Assembly: GCF_009914755.1 (NCBI RefSeq)
Contig: NC_060941.1
Reading direction: 5' to 3' (one strand)
DNA from: the human T2T-CHM13v2.0 reference genome, Homo sapiens
DNA: 64,000 bases
Below are positions 1-15,234 of the stretch, piece after piece. Every line of letters starts with the position of its first letter. The stretch's first letter is position 1. Below the pieces are notes generated by a model. The model had not been told where the DNA came from. It ran no database searches and saw nothing but the letters and a program-made list of their open reading frames with translations. The position numbers and the translations under genes were made by a program.

Positions 1-250
1 AAACTTTAGAGCTTCCTGGGTTCAAATATATTCTCTGATCATAGTGCAATTAAAGTAGAAATCAATAACAATAACTAGAAAATCCCAATTTATGGAAATT
101 ACTAAATAATGCTCTTAACCCATAGTCAAAGAAAAAAATCACAAAGGAAATTAAAATATGTTTTCATACTGAGTGACAATGACAGCATTATCAAACCACC
201 TGGAAAGCAGCTTTAGCTCAGAGGTAAACCTACAGTTTCAAATAACATCT
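1..250 (+). mobile_element. Old L1 ORF2-region fragment
   Basis: TTCTCTGATCATAGTGCAATTAAAGTAGAAATCAATAAC resembles the L1 ORF2 segment after the endonuclease domain; degenerate, no ORF. Confidence 0.6.
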
Positions 251-894
251 TAAAAAACGAATAAATATATTTTTAAAAATACCTTGCTTTGTAAATCCAA
301 TCTATTTGGCTCAAGAGTTTCAAATAACAAGCGGCAAGATTTTAGATAGCAAGATACCGACCTGTAAACTTACTGCAATTTATCTGTTTCCTAAATTAAG
401 ATAGCAGTTTAGATAATATTTAAGAGAAATGACATTTTGGAAAAACTACAGATTTTATAAAATACTTAAATCTTTTGTTAGTAATATTATACTCCCAGGT
501 AGTGTGTAAGAAAAATGTCTCGATTATTCAAAATTAAATTACTTTATATAGTATTAAAAATTTAATAGAGTTTATATTCCGATAACCTCATGAGGAACTG
601 CCCCCATTAGTTATGAAAAAAAAATAAGGTTGTCTGTTATACCTGTTATTAAACCTTTAACAAATAGAATGAATTTTTAAAAGTGCATTCTAGGTGTAAT
701 ATACACAAGTGGTTACATACATGGTTACATATATAAGTAACCATTTGTTAAGCACCTACTACGTATCGGCTCATTATTAAGCTCGGTTCATGTATTTCCA
801 ATTCCCACAATTACCCTGGTGTACAGATCAGGAACCTCCGAGGCTCACAAGTGGCAGCCAGATTAACCCAGGAAGCTCTAAAGCCTTTGCTTTG

Positions 895-1045
895 GGGAGA
901 ACTGCCAACGTCTGGTGATTTGTTGGGGCGTTTTCTGGTTGTCACAAGCAGCTAGGGGAACTGGCATTTAGTGCTCGAGGCCAGGGCAGCGCTGCTCATT
1001 GGATATGTATTCTCCACCATGCGCCCCCCAAATGCCGATTGCACT
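895..1045 (+). mobile_element. MER20-like hAT DNA transposon relic
   Basis: TCTGG...TTTTCTGGTTGTCACAA...ACTGGCATTTAGTG..GAGGCCAGGG motif typical of MER20. Confidence 0.55.
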
Positions 1046-1129
1046 CTGATGAGAGAGGGAGAGACTCCAGGCATCATCCCATCGGGTTTCCTCTTCCAGA
1101 GACTCATTTTCAGCCCTTAGGGGAAGAAA

Positions 1130-1680
1130 GCGGGGAGGAGCCCGTTTTCGGTCCCAGTGCAGAGACCCGGCCGGTCCCGCGGGGCGCAGAGGCGCAGGAA
1201 TGCAGAGCCGGGACGGGGTTCACACATCCCCCCGCACCCACGGTCCACTCCCAGCCATGGCTGCCCCGGCCCCGCACTCGCCACGTCCCCCGCGCGCTCC
1301 CAGACGCATGGGCAAGGGAGCCCGCTGGCCCCTCCGTAGCTCCGGGGTGCCCAGCTGAGTCAGGTGCGGACGCAGATAGCGCAAGGCCTGACCCCGAGCG
1401 GCCGGAGGCCGGGACCGCCCCGCAAGCGCGCTCACCTCGGCCCGCGGCGCCGGCTCCGGGCGCACTTCCGGGAGCTGGGTGGCTGCGCGCGCCTCAGGCG
1501 GCAGGCGAACGACGTGCGGCACCGGGCGGAGCTAGGGGGCGGGGGCGGAGCTGATACCGAAGCTCCTATTGGCCGTCGGGGACGCCCCGCCTCTCTCTGG
1601 CGTTGCAGCCCAGGAGCCTCCGCCGACATGGCAGCGAGGTTCCCGAGCCAACGCCATCCTCCGTTCCTTCCGTCACTCAC
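1130..1680 (-). promoter_or_regulatory. ZNF18: CpG-island promoter of a minus-strand gene (probably ZNF18)
   Basis: CpG-dense; ETS motif ACTTCCGG (~1464-1471), GC box GGGGCGGGG (~1536-1544), CCAAT box as ATTGG (1568-1572). Identity from recalled position ~23 kb upstream of MAP2K4, head-to-head. Confidence 0.75.
1436..1500 (-). other. ZNF18: Non-coding first exon (5' boundary approximate); splice donor GAG|GTGAGC at 1436/1435
   Basis: + strand GCGCTCACCTCGG reads CCGAG|GTGAGCGC on minus, a strong donor just downstream of the promoter motifs. Confidence 0.6.
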
Positions 1681-2049
1681 TCACTAATCACTGTTCCTGA
1701 GTTCCTTCACTTCTCACCCGTCATTTATTGCGCGCCTATTCTGTGCCAGGCACTCGGCCAAGCACTGCGAGGCCTTCAAAGATCATTTCTTTGTCTCTCC
1801 CAAACCCTTCCGCCCAGTCCCACCCGCAGAGCTGCAACGCTCTGCCATTATCCCTGATTCTTAACCGCCGCCTTTCTCCTTTCCGTTCTTGCCTCACTGG
1901 GCCTCCCTGAGACACTTGATTTGCCCCAACCTTCTTCCTCTGTCTTGGTTCTCCCACTCTCATCAGCTCTGCATCCCCTGGGTCCTCTCCCACTTCTCCC
2001 CATTCCGTTGGGGCTAGTCCAATGTGGTGCCATCCTCTTTCCACCTGCG

Positions 2050-2078
2050 TCTCTCTCTCTTCTCTCTCTCTCTCTCTC
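2050..2078. repeat. (CT)n microsatellite, imperfect
   Basis: tctctctctcttctctctctctctctctc. Confidence 0.9.
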
Positions 2079-2412
2079 AACAAATGTCATCCCTGACTCT
2101 TCCCTTCTCCTTCCCTTTCCCACACGCCAACAATGGCTGAATCCTCTGATTTGACCTCATTGTCTCTCAGACACCTCACCCTCTCTCCCTTCTCACTATC
2201 CCTCCCTCGGCTCAGTTCCACACCATTTGTAATGGTCAAGACCTTCTTACCCTTTCCCCAGCGTCCAGTGTTGCCGGTTTCCAGGCCATCCTGTGCTGGG
2301 CCACGACATCAACTTGTGATACTAAGTTGCATTAATGGAAGTATCATGTCAAAGTTTGGGTGTTCCACCTTGGGCAACTGGCAAAGAGGAGGGTATTCAA
2401 AAAAAGCTGCCA

Positions 2413-2461
2413 TGTTCCCCAATAACCTATGGAAATAAAATAAATAAAAAATAAAAATTTA
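2413..2461 (+). mobile_element. Very short 5'-truncated L1 3' terminus (L1PA15/L1PREC2/L1PB-like) with A-rich tail
   Basis: TGTTCCCCAATAACCTATGGAAATAAAA plus A-rich tail; imperfect TSD AAAAAGCTGCCA / AGAAGAGCTGTCA. Confidence 0.6.
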
Positions 2462-2469
2462 AAGAAGAG

Positions 2470-2609
2470 CTGTCATTATCATAACATGTCCTGTACCTGT
2501 CATTATCATAACATGTCCTGTACCTGTCATTATCATAACATGTCCTGTACCTGTCATTATCATAACATGTCCTGTACCTGTCATTATCATAACATGTCCT
2601 GTACCTGTC
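2470..2609. repeat. 27-bp minisatellite, 5 perfect copies plus 5 nt
   Basis: Unit CTGTCATTATCATAACATGTCCTGTAC starts at 2470, 2497, 2524, 2551 and 2578. Confidence 0.97.
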
Positions 2610-2800
2610 CCATGTTTACAAGAATTAAAGATCCTCCTCTGGAGAAATAAAGCTTGATGCGGGGATGGGATTACATCTTCATGTACCTGAAAAGTGACCA
2701 GTGGAAAAGGGATTCGACATGTTCTCTTAAGTCCCAGGGTCTGAACAAGATCCTATGTGTGAAACTACTGTTTCAGCCTGACATAGGTGGAAGTTTCTAG

Positions 2801-2957
<157 letters not shown>

Positions 2958-3904
2958 ACGTTTCTAACATTCATGTGATTGATGGCGCTGCTTTGAGTTC
3001 CTGAGGACAGCATGGCTAACAATTTACCAGGCACATTTAGAGGGACACCTTCATTGGGTATTGCTTCCAACATCAATGTGCTCTGCTTCTAAGAAAGTCA
3101 AGAGATAAGGTGGTTTAGAGGGGAAGATTATAGGAGTTTTATCTTCAATGTGTTCGCTTTTAGCTGATCAACACCCAAGGAAGATAACAGTAATTCAAAA
3201 CCATTAATTGGGTTCTGACTCCTTTGTGAATCTGATGGAAGGTAAAATTTTTCCCAAGAAAAATGCACATACACATCTACATACAACACTTTGCACTCAA
3301 ATCCAGGGAGCTAACACAGCCTTGAAACCCATCCTTGGAACCCACAAACCTCAGTTTGAGAACTCTAATCCTGGTAGATGGTTCCTGATATGAAAATGAC
3401 ACTTTGAAGTTTAATAATTTCTTTATAAACTGGCACCTTAGGAAAAGGCATAAACACTTATTTCGAAACAGGCTGAACAATCAAAATATTTTTTAAAATA
3501 GGGAGATATCTACCTCAGCTTAGGAAATAATGAAAAGGTGTCATCTATTTCTATTATTCACTTACTCATTCAATAAATATTTACCAGATGATGTGCCCAG
3601 CACTCTTCCAATAGCTATATATGCAAGAATGAACTAAACACACAAAGTCCCAGCCCTCCCAAGACTTATATTTTGTAGGGTGAGCTGGACAATAAATAAG
3701 TGCACAAGTGGTAATTATAGGTGTTGTGAAGAAAATTACATTGGGGTAAGGAGGAGAGGTACTGTTAGAGATGGAGTGCAAGTTATATAGGATGGTCAGG
3801 GAAGGACTAACAGATAAAACAGGCTTGAATCCAGACCGGAAGTTAATTAAGACGCAAGCCTTGCGTGTATCTGTGGGAACCTCCAGGCAGAGGAAATTGC
3901 AAAA

Positions 3905-4196
3905 GTTTTTGTTGTTGTTGTTGTTTGAGACAGAATCTTGCTCTGTTGCCCAATGTAGTGCCAGAATCTCAGCTCACTGCAACCTCCGACTCCAGGTTTA
4001 AGTGATTCTCCTGCCTCAGCCTCCTGAGTAGCTGGGATTACACATGCTTGCCACCGTGCCCAGCTACTTTTTGTATTTTTAGCAGAGATGAAGTTTCATC
4101 ATGTTGGCCAGGCTGGTCTCAAATTCCTGACCTCAGGTGATCCACCCACCTCAGTCTCCCAAAGTGCTGGAATTACAGGTGCGAGCCACCAGGCCC
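3905..4196 (-). mobile_element. Alu (S-type) with (GTT)n tail
   Basis: Full dimeric Alu consensus, antisense. Confidence 0.93.
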
Positions 4197-4407
4197 ACCC
4201 ATAAACGTTTAGGCCATGAAACAATGAGTGACAATAAAGAGAAGCACTATAAAGACCAAGCCCTGGACCACGCCAACATATAGGGTCAGGGTAATAAGAA
4301 AAATCTATTAAAGGAGAAAGAAACTGAGGAGCCACTGAGGTAGCAGGAAAACAGAGAGTGGTATCCGGGAAGCCAACTGCATAAAGTGTTCAAAGAAAGA
4401 AGGAATT

Positions 4408-4720
4408 GCTGGGTGTGGTGGTTCACGCCTGTAATCCTAGCACTTTGGGAGGCCGACATGGGCAGATCACCTGAGGTCTGCACTTCGAGACCAGCCTAAC
4501 CAACATGGAGAAAACCTGTCTCTACTAAAAATACAAAATTAGCTGGGCGTGGAGGTGCACGCCTGTAATATACAAACTGGCACCTTAAGAAAAGGTATAA
4601 ACCCATAATCGCTTGAGCCCAGGAGGCAGAGGTTGCAGTGAGCCTAGATCACACCATTGCACTCTAGCCTGGGCAACAAGAGCGAAACTCTGTCAGAAAG
4701 AAAGAAAGGAAGAAAGAAAG
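4408..4720 (+). mobile_element. Alu (Sp/Sq-like) with a non-Alu internal replacement at 4570-4606
   Basis: Alu consensus with AACATGGAGAAA diagnostic; (GAAA)n tail. Confidence 0.93.
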
Positions 4721-5204
4721 AATCATCAACTAATCAAATGCCATGATCAAATGTAAGATGAGGATTAAGAATTGACTGAGCAACAGGAGTATAAAATCAC
4801 TGGTGACCTTGACCTTATAAGAGTGGTTGGGAGTAGAGAAATCCTGAATGGAATAAGTTCAATAAGGAACGAGAAGAGAAGAATTAGAGCAGCAAATATA
4901 GACAAGTCATTCAAGAAGTTTTGCTATAAAAAGAAATAGCAAAATGAGACAAATTAGGAGATCTTACAGCATGCTTACACACTGATTAGAATGATCCAGT
5001 AGGGAGGAAAAATTTGTATGGAAGGGGAGAAAAGTGACAATTACTGAAAAATGTTCTTGAGTAGAGATTGATTTTTGAATAACAAGGCTTCTGGGTACTC
5101 ACATAATCTAGGCCACATGGAACACTCACAGAAAACAATCTCCACTAAAGAGGAGCTTAAAGTCAAAAGTTACAAGCCACACCAAAAACAAATCCTCATA
5201 CAGA

Positions 5205-5830
<626 letters not shown>

Positions 5831-6091
5831 CTATTATAAATGAAAATCACTAGTTACTAAAAAAATGAAAGCACATGCACTCCAAAATTCAGAGATAATA
5901 GAGCAATCTGAAAGATATTTTAAAATAAAAATTCTGAGTTGTTCGAAGAGGTTTAAAAAAAAGTAAAAGCAATAGAGCAAAAGAACCTTGTGGGAAAAAA
6001 AGAAGAAAGAAAGAAAGGATGAAAGGTGGGAGGGAGAAAACAAAATAAAACTGCAGGATCAAGTCTATTTCTTACAAACTAAAAGATATTA

Positions 6092-6411
<320 letters not shown>

Positions 6412-7153
6412 TTAACTTTTTTAATTAGGGAAAAAAATAGTCTAACATTGATGAGAGTCAGACATGGCAAATATCTTTGTTCCCATTGTAGAGATAAGAA
6501 AATCGAGATCCAGAGTGTGTAAGAGCGTAACTGAAAGCTGCAGACATTGTTACTGAGGCTGAATTTAAACTCTGCTTTTTCTGACTGCAGATCCCATACT
6601 CTGCCCTCTGTCTGCTGCATTTGTCCCAGGATAAAGTAGGGCTAACAGGACAAGCTGTTCAAAGAAATTGTATAAGGTTTGGGCAAACTATCATGGGAGA
6701 TACTGTGAGAACTTGAAATGAATATATTGATGAAGTTAAATTACATGAGATTGTTGTGGGCCAGATCAGTTATTTCAACAAAAATTCCCTGGAACTGAGG
6801 AGCAGAAAGATTCGGATTGACTCAAGGTGAAAGGAACCTGGGCATCAATGGAGGATATCAGTGTAAGCTGTGTGGAAATGGCTTACCACACGGACAAGGA
6901 AGGGAGACCAGAACAGAAACCACTCCCGACACCCTCCCTCTGCCATCAAGATGTAGTTTGTATCCTGTTGACTTCAATAGAGCAAAGAGTGATTTAACTC
7001 ATGGCAGAAGGAACCTGAATTGTCTTTTAAGGACTATTGAGAGAACAGAGAATTAAACAAGATGGTAACTGCTTTTCTCTAGTTAGGAGAAATACTAACA
7101 TACGTCACGTTTTATGTGGGATGTCCTAGAGGAGATCTTTAAGGTGTTCAAGA

Positions 7154-7437
7154 GGCCAGGCGTGGTGGCTCACGCCTGTAATCCCAGCACTTTGGAATCA
7201 CAAGGTCAGGTGTTCGAGACCAGCCTGGCCAACATAGTGAAACCCCATCTGTACCAAAAATACAAAAAATAAGCCAGGCATGGTGGCAGGCGCCTGTAAT
7301 CTCAGCTACTCAGGAGGCTGAGGCAGGAGAATCACTTGAACCTGGGAAGGCAGAGGTTGCAGTGAGCCGAGATAGTGCTACTGCACTCCAGCCCGGGTGA
7401 CAGTGTGAGACTCTGTCTCAAAAAAAAAAAAAAAAAA
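7154..7437 (+). mobile_element. Alu (S-type) with a small left-arm deletion
   Basis: Alu consensus; TSD AAGGTGTTCAAGA / AAGATGTTCAAGA. Confidence 0.95.
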
Positions 7438-7930
7438 GATGTTCAAGAAGGTTCAGGTGGGGCTAGGAAATGACTTCCTATAGTGCCTACAAGTGACACA
7501 CAGGGCCAGAAGCCTGGATTAGCCCTAAAGTGCATACCTTAAAAAAGTATATATGGTGGATAAATCCTGATGCATCTCTCACCAAATGAAATTTTTCCCT
7601 GAGGCCGTAAAATGTCTTTAGACAAGGTATTCTCAATCTGAGACTTCAGGATTTCAATGACTAACTCCCCAGTATGCAAGTGTTTGTAGGTATGGGTATT
7701 TTTCTCAAATTTAAAAAGTCATTGCATGCTTAGGCAGACCCCTTTGAGCTTTTGAATCCATGGGCCTGGAGACACGACAAAGAAGTTAAGCTTCACTGGT
7801 ATTGAATACAACGGACTGGCCAGCTCCTTAGTTTGCACATATGTTGAACAGGCTTGAGTCAGGATATAGAAGGTGCCATAAGGGAACGTGAGGAGGCCCA
7901 CACCATGGAGCAGTTAAAAGTGAGGGCCTG

Positions 7931-8250
<320 letters not shown>

Positions 8251-8520
8251 TCAACATATTGAGACATACTGAAGTTAGTATGTGCAGGAATCAGTGGATT
8301 TATGGATTATATTACCTAGTTTTAACTAAACTAACCCTAGCAAAATGTTTCTTAACATTTAACTAACCCTAGTTTAAAGTTTCTTAACAAAATAATCTCA
8401 GTTTGAAGATAACAGTAATAATGCAGGCACATGTAAACAGCAATAAAATAGCATAGTTACACTTCTAACTTGAGTCCTTTTGCAGATACATTGGAAGGTA
8501 ATGATAATGCCAATGAATCA

Positions 8521-8902
<382 letters not shown>

Positions 8903-8939
8903 TTATATCTCTATCACTATACTGAATGGCACCTTAACA

Positions 8940-9205
8940 AGATGTATATTTATGTGTATATTTACACTGAGTTTGTAAATTAGATTTTAAATGTTTAAAT
9001 ATATATTTATACACACACTAAGTTTAAATACGTGTGTATATATTTGTACCTTTATATAAGTATATATAAATATATATGCATGTATGTGTGATGTATATAT
9101 ATTTATGCATGTTATGGACTCAGAAGTTATATATATACAGATTATATATACAGATAATACATATACACAGATACTAATATATGCATATATATTATATATA
9201 TAGAT
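8940..9205. repeat. (TA)n-rich low-complexity tract
   Basis: Interspersed TATA, TGTA and CATA runs. Confidence 0.85.
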
Positions 9206-9939
9206 CATGAAGGAAATTCAACAAAGTTTAAAGTCATATTCTATCAAGTACTTTATGAAACTTCATTAAATCAAATGGAAACTGGTGGCCTCTTTTGAGG
9301 TTCTCATACATGAAAATCAATACACAAAATATTCCGTATAAAAAGTTTTGTGCTTTTCATTTTAAGCCCATCGGTAAAAATTATGAAAATGTAATGTCTC
9401 TTCCAATTAGTTTGCAAGAGCTACTGACTCACATCAGTGACTATGGAAATTAGTAGCCACATTTCATCAAAATTTTTTGCTTAATTACCAGATGGCATTG
9501 AAAAACAAATATCATTCTTAGTATCTGCTGCCAATGATGTACTTTATCCATTTGGAGGTTTGGGGAGGTTTCTTTTTTCACTTTTGACAACCATTATAAC
9601 TAAGTGTCAAAAATAAACTGAATTTAGAACCCGACTTTAAAACTCCTGTATCACAGAGTATTAAAGATTTGCTCAAATAATGAGGTGTATTATATTTCTG
9701 GTGAGAACTTTATTCAATAAATAAGATACATATTTTAAAATATTATTTTTCCATTTTTACCATAGACTTTTTAACTTTCAATTTTGAATATGTTTTATAA
9801 TGTACAACATGTAGGCAAAATAATACCTGTATATATTATTTATGAATAAATACATATACAAACAGTGGCTACATAGTCTCAAAATACTTTTACTAGAAAA
9901 GAATGATTGATCAAAAAAGTGTAGATCTCCCTGTTCTAG

Positions 9940-10100
9940 ATCTGGGAGCTTCTTAAACTGGGCTGCAGATCAGACTCACATGGAGGGCATGTTAATTCCA
10001 CATTATTTTGACTTCTTTCCTGAATCAGATTATCTGAGAGGTAGAGCCTGGAAGTATGATTTTTTAACAACTTCCAAAGTGATGCTTTTGGCACTGATCT
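9940..10100. mobile_element. MER5-like DNA transposon relic
   Basis: CTTCTTAAACTGGGCTGCA..CAGACTCACATGGAG...TGAATCAGA...TTTTAACAA..TCC..GTGAT. Confidence 0.5.
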
Positions 10101-10344
10101 GTGAGTGGCATTCAAATCCATGTTCATAAATAATTGTCTATTAATTCAAACTTCAGGACACAAACAGATGTTAGTTGCCAAAACTTATGTGGGCAAGAAG
10201 GATAATAATACAGGGAGTAATACAATTAACTGGCAATCAGGAGGCCTTTGGAAGAAGTTAAAACAGAACTAGGTTTCTGGGCTGGTTTTTATCCAGGAAC
10301 TCCTAACATAAATATCCCCAGTATAATAATATATTACAGCCATC

Positions 10345-10485
10345 TTTATGCATCTCAATTCTCCCATTAGTAAAATGAGAGATAAAAATGCCACCTAATG
10401 CTTAGGACTGTTAAGAGAATTAAATGAGACAATATATGTAAAATACCTAGAACAGTGCCTTGGCACACAGCAAAATCTAGCTGTT
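10345..10485 (+). mobile_element. MIR
   Basis: CTCAATTCTCCCATTAGTAAAATGAGAGATAA...GAGAATTAAATGAGA core. Confidence 0.7.
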
Positions 10486-10561
10486 ATTGAGATATCGTAA
10501 TTTGTATGTATCACGTGTTTTAGGATAGGTGATTCCTAGAAAGAATGGTAATAAAAAATTA

Positions 10562-10730
<169 letters not shown>

Positions 10731-12361
10731 CTGAGCAAAAATATTACCATACTGTTTTTTTTGCCACAGTATTTCAACAGTATCCAGATATCCCAGAAGA
10801 AAGAAAAAAGCTGTAATGATCAGAAACATGATAAAAGTCTCAACTAAATGAATTTAATTATGTAAATTGTAAGACATTCTGTAATAATGTAATAAATATC
10901 ATATTTTTACCTAAAAATTAAAACCCAAAGGAATTCTGTGACTGTGGCCTCATAGAGATAGCTAACTACCATTAATGTAGTTTTGTGTGTTAGGCCAATG
11001 TTTACTGTTTTATTTTATTTTGTTTTGTTTTGTTTCTGTCTTTTTAGAGTCCTGCATGTGCCTCTGAGCTTAATCTCTGTTCTGGTAAGATGTCAAGATT
11101 CTGGCCTCCTCTACCAAGAAGGAGGTCAGGGCTTCAGTCACAGAGCTTCACCACCAAATGCTGAGACATCATCTCCCAGTGAAGACTCTATGTTGATCTC
11201 CCTTTTGAGCTTCAGTTCCTGCCAGAAAAAGAGCTGCAGCCTTCAGATGCAGATTTGGGAAGCTTCTGAAGTCTTTAGGCTTCTTTATCTCATTAGCCAG
11301 GGATCCTTTAAAACTTAGGGAGTTCTACACAGGTGACAATCTTAGAGCGATTGTGGAAGAGGCCCCATGTCCCTTTAAACCTTCCACCACCCAGAATTCT
11401 TCTTCGGTCCTCCTAAATGTCTCACTTTGACCCCTTGTTAGCTGAATTCTGATTTTTGTACGGTCACTTGATGCTGCCCGTGGCCTCCTTCACATTCAGG
11501 TGCCTGACTCCTTGCTGGACTGATGGCCCTGCTGACTTTGGGCAGTCAGACTTTGCCCTTGCTGGGTCTGTGACATCTATCTCACCTTGAAAGCCAGGAC
11601 TCCTGAAAATCCCATCAGCACTGAGCAGTGGGAAGCCCCATCTGTCCCTGCTACCTGCTGCTGGGGATGGCTAGACGCCTGCCCACGTTGAGATTTTCTC
11701 TGCATTTGGTTTTTCAGACTGAACCTTTCTCCTTCTAACAGAAGCTTCCAGGAGCATGTGGTGGCTCCTGAAGGTCTCACAGATCAATTTTAAAAAGCAA
11801 GCTTTTTCTTCCCCTGGAGAAACAGCAAGATTGGTGACACGTCTGTCACTGCTAATTAGCACAAAGGGTCTGAACACTGGGGAACACAGAGAGAGAAGAT
11901 GATTGGAATTAACCAGACACCAGGGTTGAAAAAAAATCCATAATGTGGTGGTGCTCAGAGAACGGAAAGAAAATAAAGTTAATCAGCAGCAGTGGTCTGC
12001 TGTAGAGTCTTGAGGAGGGCCACTGCAGAGTGCCTCGGGTTGCCCGTGGAGATACGAAGAAGCAGCAGCATGTAGCCAAGGCACCAAACAGAAACCCCAT
12101 CTTGGAAGAGGCTGGTTACCCGGAATTAAGCAAGGAATGCATTCATTTAAGCTTACAGGGTTCTATCCAAGATCAGTTCTCTTCTCTGAGATTGATGTGG
12201 ACCCTTCCAACCAGAAGTTGGAAACTGGCAGCATGTATTTTCTTTGGCAAGCACAGTTTTAAAAATTTACTTGAACTGGAATGCCTTTTAGTGGTGCATG
12301 CAATTTGCAGTGAGTCATAAGTCTGACCATCCCATTATTACTACTATTATTATTATTATTC

Positions 12362-12480
12362 AGAGATGGGGGTCTAGCTACGTTGCCCAGGCTAGGCTTG
12401 AATTCTTGGGCTCAAGGGATCCTCACGCCTCAGCCTGTCAAGTAGCTAGGACTACAGGCTCAAGCCACCATGCCCAGCTT
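12362..12480 (-). mobile_element. FLAM-type Alu monomer with (ATT)n tail
   Basis: AGAGATGGGGGTCT...GTTGCCCAGGCT...GGCTCAAG. Confidence 0.8.
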
Positions 12481-13159
12481 TGACCATCCCTTTAGATCAT
12501 GTTCCTTTAACATACTTACAGTACCATCTGGACCCTGAAGGTATTTGAGCAAGTTTGCGCTCAAATATTCTCCAGAAGGCAGAGGAGTCAAGGTTAATGA
12601 TGCTCCCCTCAGAGTCTGAGCTGTAGAGCCTGCTGGGGATGTCTGAAGACTTTGCTGGTCAGAGGGCCTAGAAGCTGACTACTGAAGATTGGGCAGGGCA
12701 CTGCCCTTGCCAAATCCCTTATCCCACAGTTCACTTGATACTTACTTAATCAGTCTGTGGCCTCCACCAGATGGTAGGCCACTAGGAACTGTTGTTCCCC
12801 ACAAGATCCTTATTATTCAGGGAACTCCCAAAAGAGAAATAGGAAGGAATTTGGTCAAGGTCAACAGATAAGAATTTAGTCTAGGTCTACTGTAACTATA
12901 TCCCAAAAACCAAAATTTAGATACCATGGTCCAAAATTCGGAGCATAGCATTTACAATTGTGACACCCTGGCAAATTCCTGACTTACGGGCACAGGCTAT
13001 ACAGATATCAGCCAGTGTTCACTGGAGGAAATGAAGGGAAGAAAGGAACTCAAATCTCAAGCCCTGTCTAGGAGAAGGAGGCAAGTCTTCAGGGTTATAC
13101 TCACTTATAAACTGGAATCTGGCCTTTTTCCCAGTGAAGAATCCACTGAATTATCTTAG

Positions 13160-13745
<586 letters not shown>

Positions 13746-14257
13746 TAAATCATCCCTCCTTGCTCCTGCCTGCGTGAGACGTAAAAGAAACAACAAATAC
13801 CCTAACTTTGCTTCTTGAAAAACCACTTAAAATACACCAAATGATCTATTAACATATATTCCTAGAATTCCAACATACAGATTTGTGAGATGGTAGAAAA
13901 AAGTGCCTAAAATATGGCTTATCTATGTAATATTAGCAGATGGTAGTTTAGAAAAGACTACAGGAACATCACCTTTTCCTTGACTGCACATGTGGCTTGG
14001 ATATAACAGACCAAAACAGGGGTGAAAGCTTTATTGTGGTGCCTGTCGAGAATAGATTAGAATAGACAGTAATGGAGAGGACAGTTTCACAAGACTTTAT
14101 TCTCAGGCTTAATTAGAACCAATAAAAACTTATAAGTAAAAAAAAAAAGTACTATCAATGAATTTCACTGTATAAATATAGTATGAAATGTTTACTAAAT
14201 GAACAGGATTTTTCATTTATATATCTTGTAATTCTTCGCTATTCTAGTTGAATCTGA

Positions 14258-14695
<438 letters not shown>

Positions 14696-15234
14696 GGTCT
14701 TTTATTTTTTAAACACTTACTATGCCATGAATTCATAGGGAATATGTTCCAGCACCTCAGGCTTCTTCCCACTGGTTCTCACGAAGTGTGCTTTTCTGGG
14801 CAGTGCAGGCTGGCACTTCAGTTGAACCCCAGGTACTTTTCTCTTTGTCTTCTTTAGTTTTCTGATAATTTTCCTTCACTTGTTTCAGGAAGCTATCTTG
14901 GCTCTTCACGTGCTTAACATGCCCAATACACACATTAATTCTCTTGGCAAGAATCTTGCCCTTAACTTGTTTGTTTACAACAAATGCCAACAGCATGCTG
15001 GGGAACATTGTAGACTCTTCCAGTTTAGCCATGGTGACACCTGTGGGGCATTCCTTTTTGAACAGTACTCATTCCCTTGATGTCTATAATATCACCTTTC
15101 TTCTAGATTCGCCTGTGCACGGCCAAAGGAACAACTCCATGTTTTCTAAAACTCCTGGAGAACATATATCGGGTGCCTCTCCTCTTTCACTTTGTGTTCA
15201 TCATTTTGGTGAATTACTGGAAGATGGCGGTTCC
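14696..15234 (-). pseudogene. RPL21P122: Processed pseudogene of ribosomal protein L21 (eL21)
   Basis: Intronless; from the ATG at 15204 it reads [27 protein letters not shown]...[17 protein letters not shown]...IPYEFMA*. Stops at codons 6, 34 and 60 plus frameshifts; 5' UTR GGAACCGCCATCTTCCAGTAATTC and AATAAA retained. Pseudogene number is from memory. Confidence 0.93.

Larger units (their letters stand above)
3555..5075 (-). mobile_element. L2 relic interrupted by two Alus
   Basis: CTCATTCAATAAATATTTA...ATGTGCCCAGCACT is an antisense L2 3' end; purine-rich L2-like text continues past the Alus. Confidence 0.6.

Noticed and set aside
1039-1687. Overlapping 60-171 aa ORFs over the first CpG island
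   Set aside because: Ala/Arg/Pro/Gly-rich stop-poor frames expected in GC-rich DNA; no recognisable domain
2470-2609. CRISPR-like array
   Set aside because: Units are contiguous with no spacers, and the context is eukaryotic
14757-15032. 91-aa ORF with RPL21 similarity as a functional gene
   Set aside because: Only its middle is in the RPL21 frame; upstream stops and frameshifts mark a pseudogene
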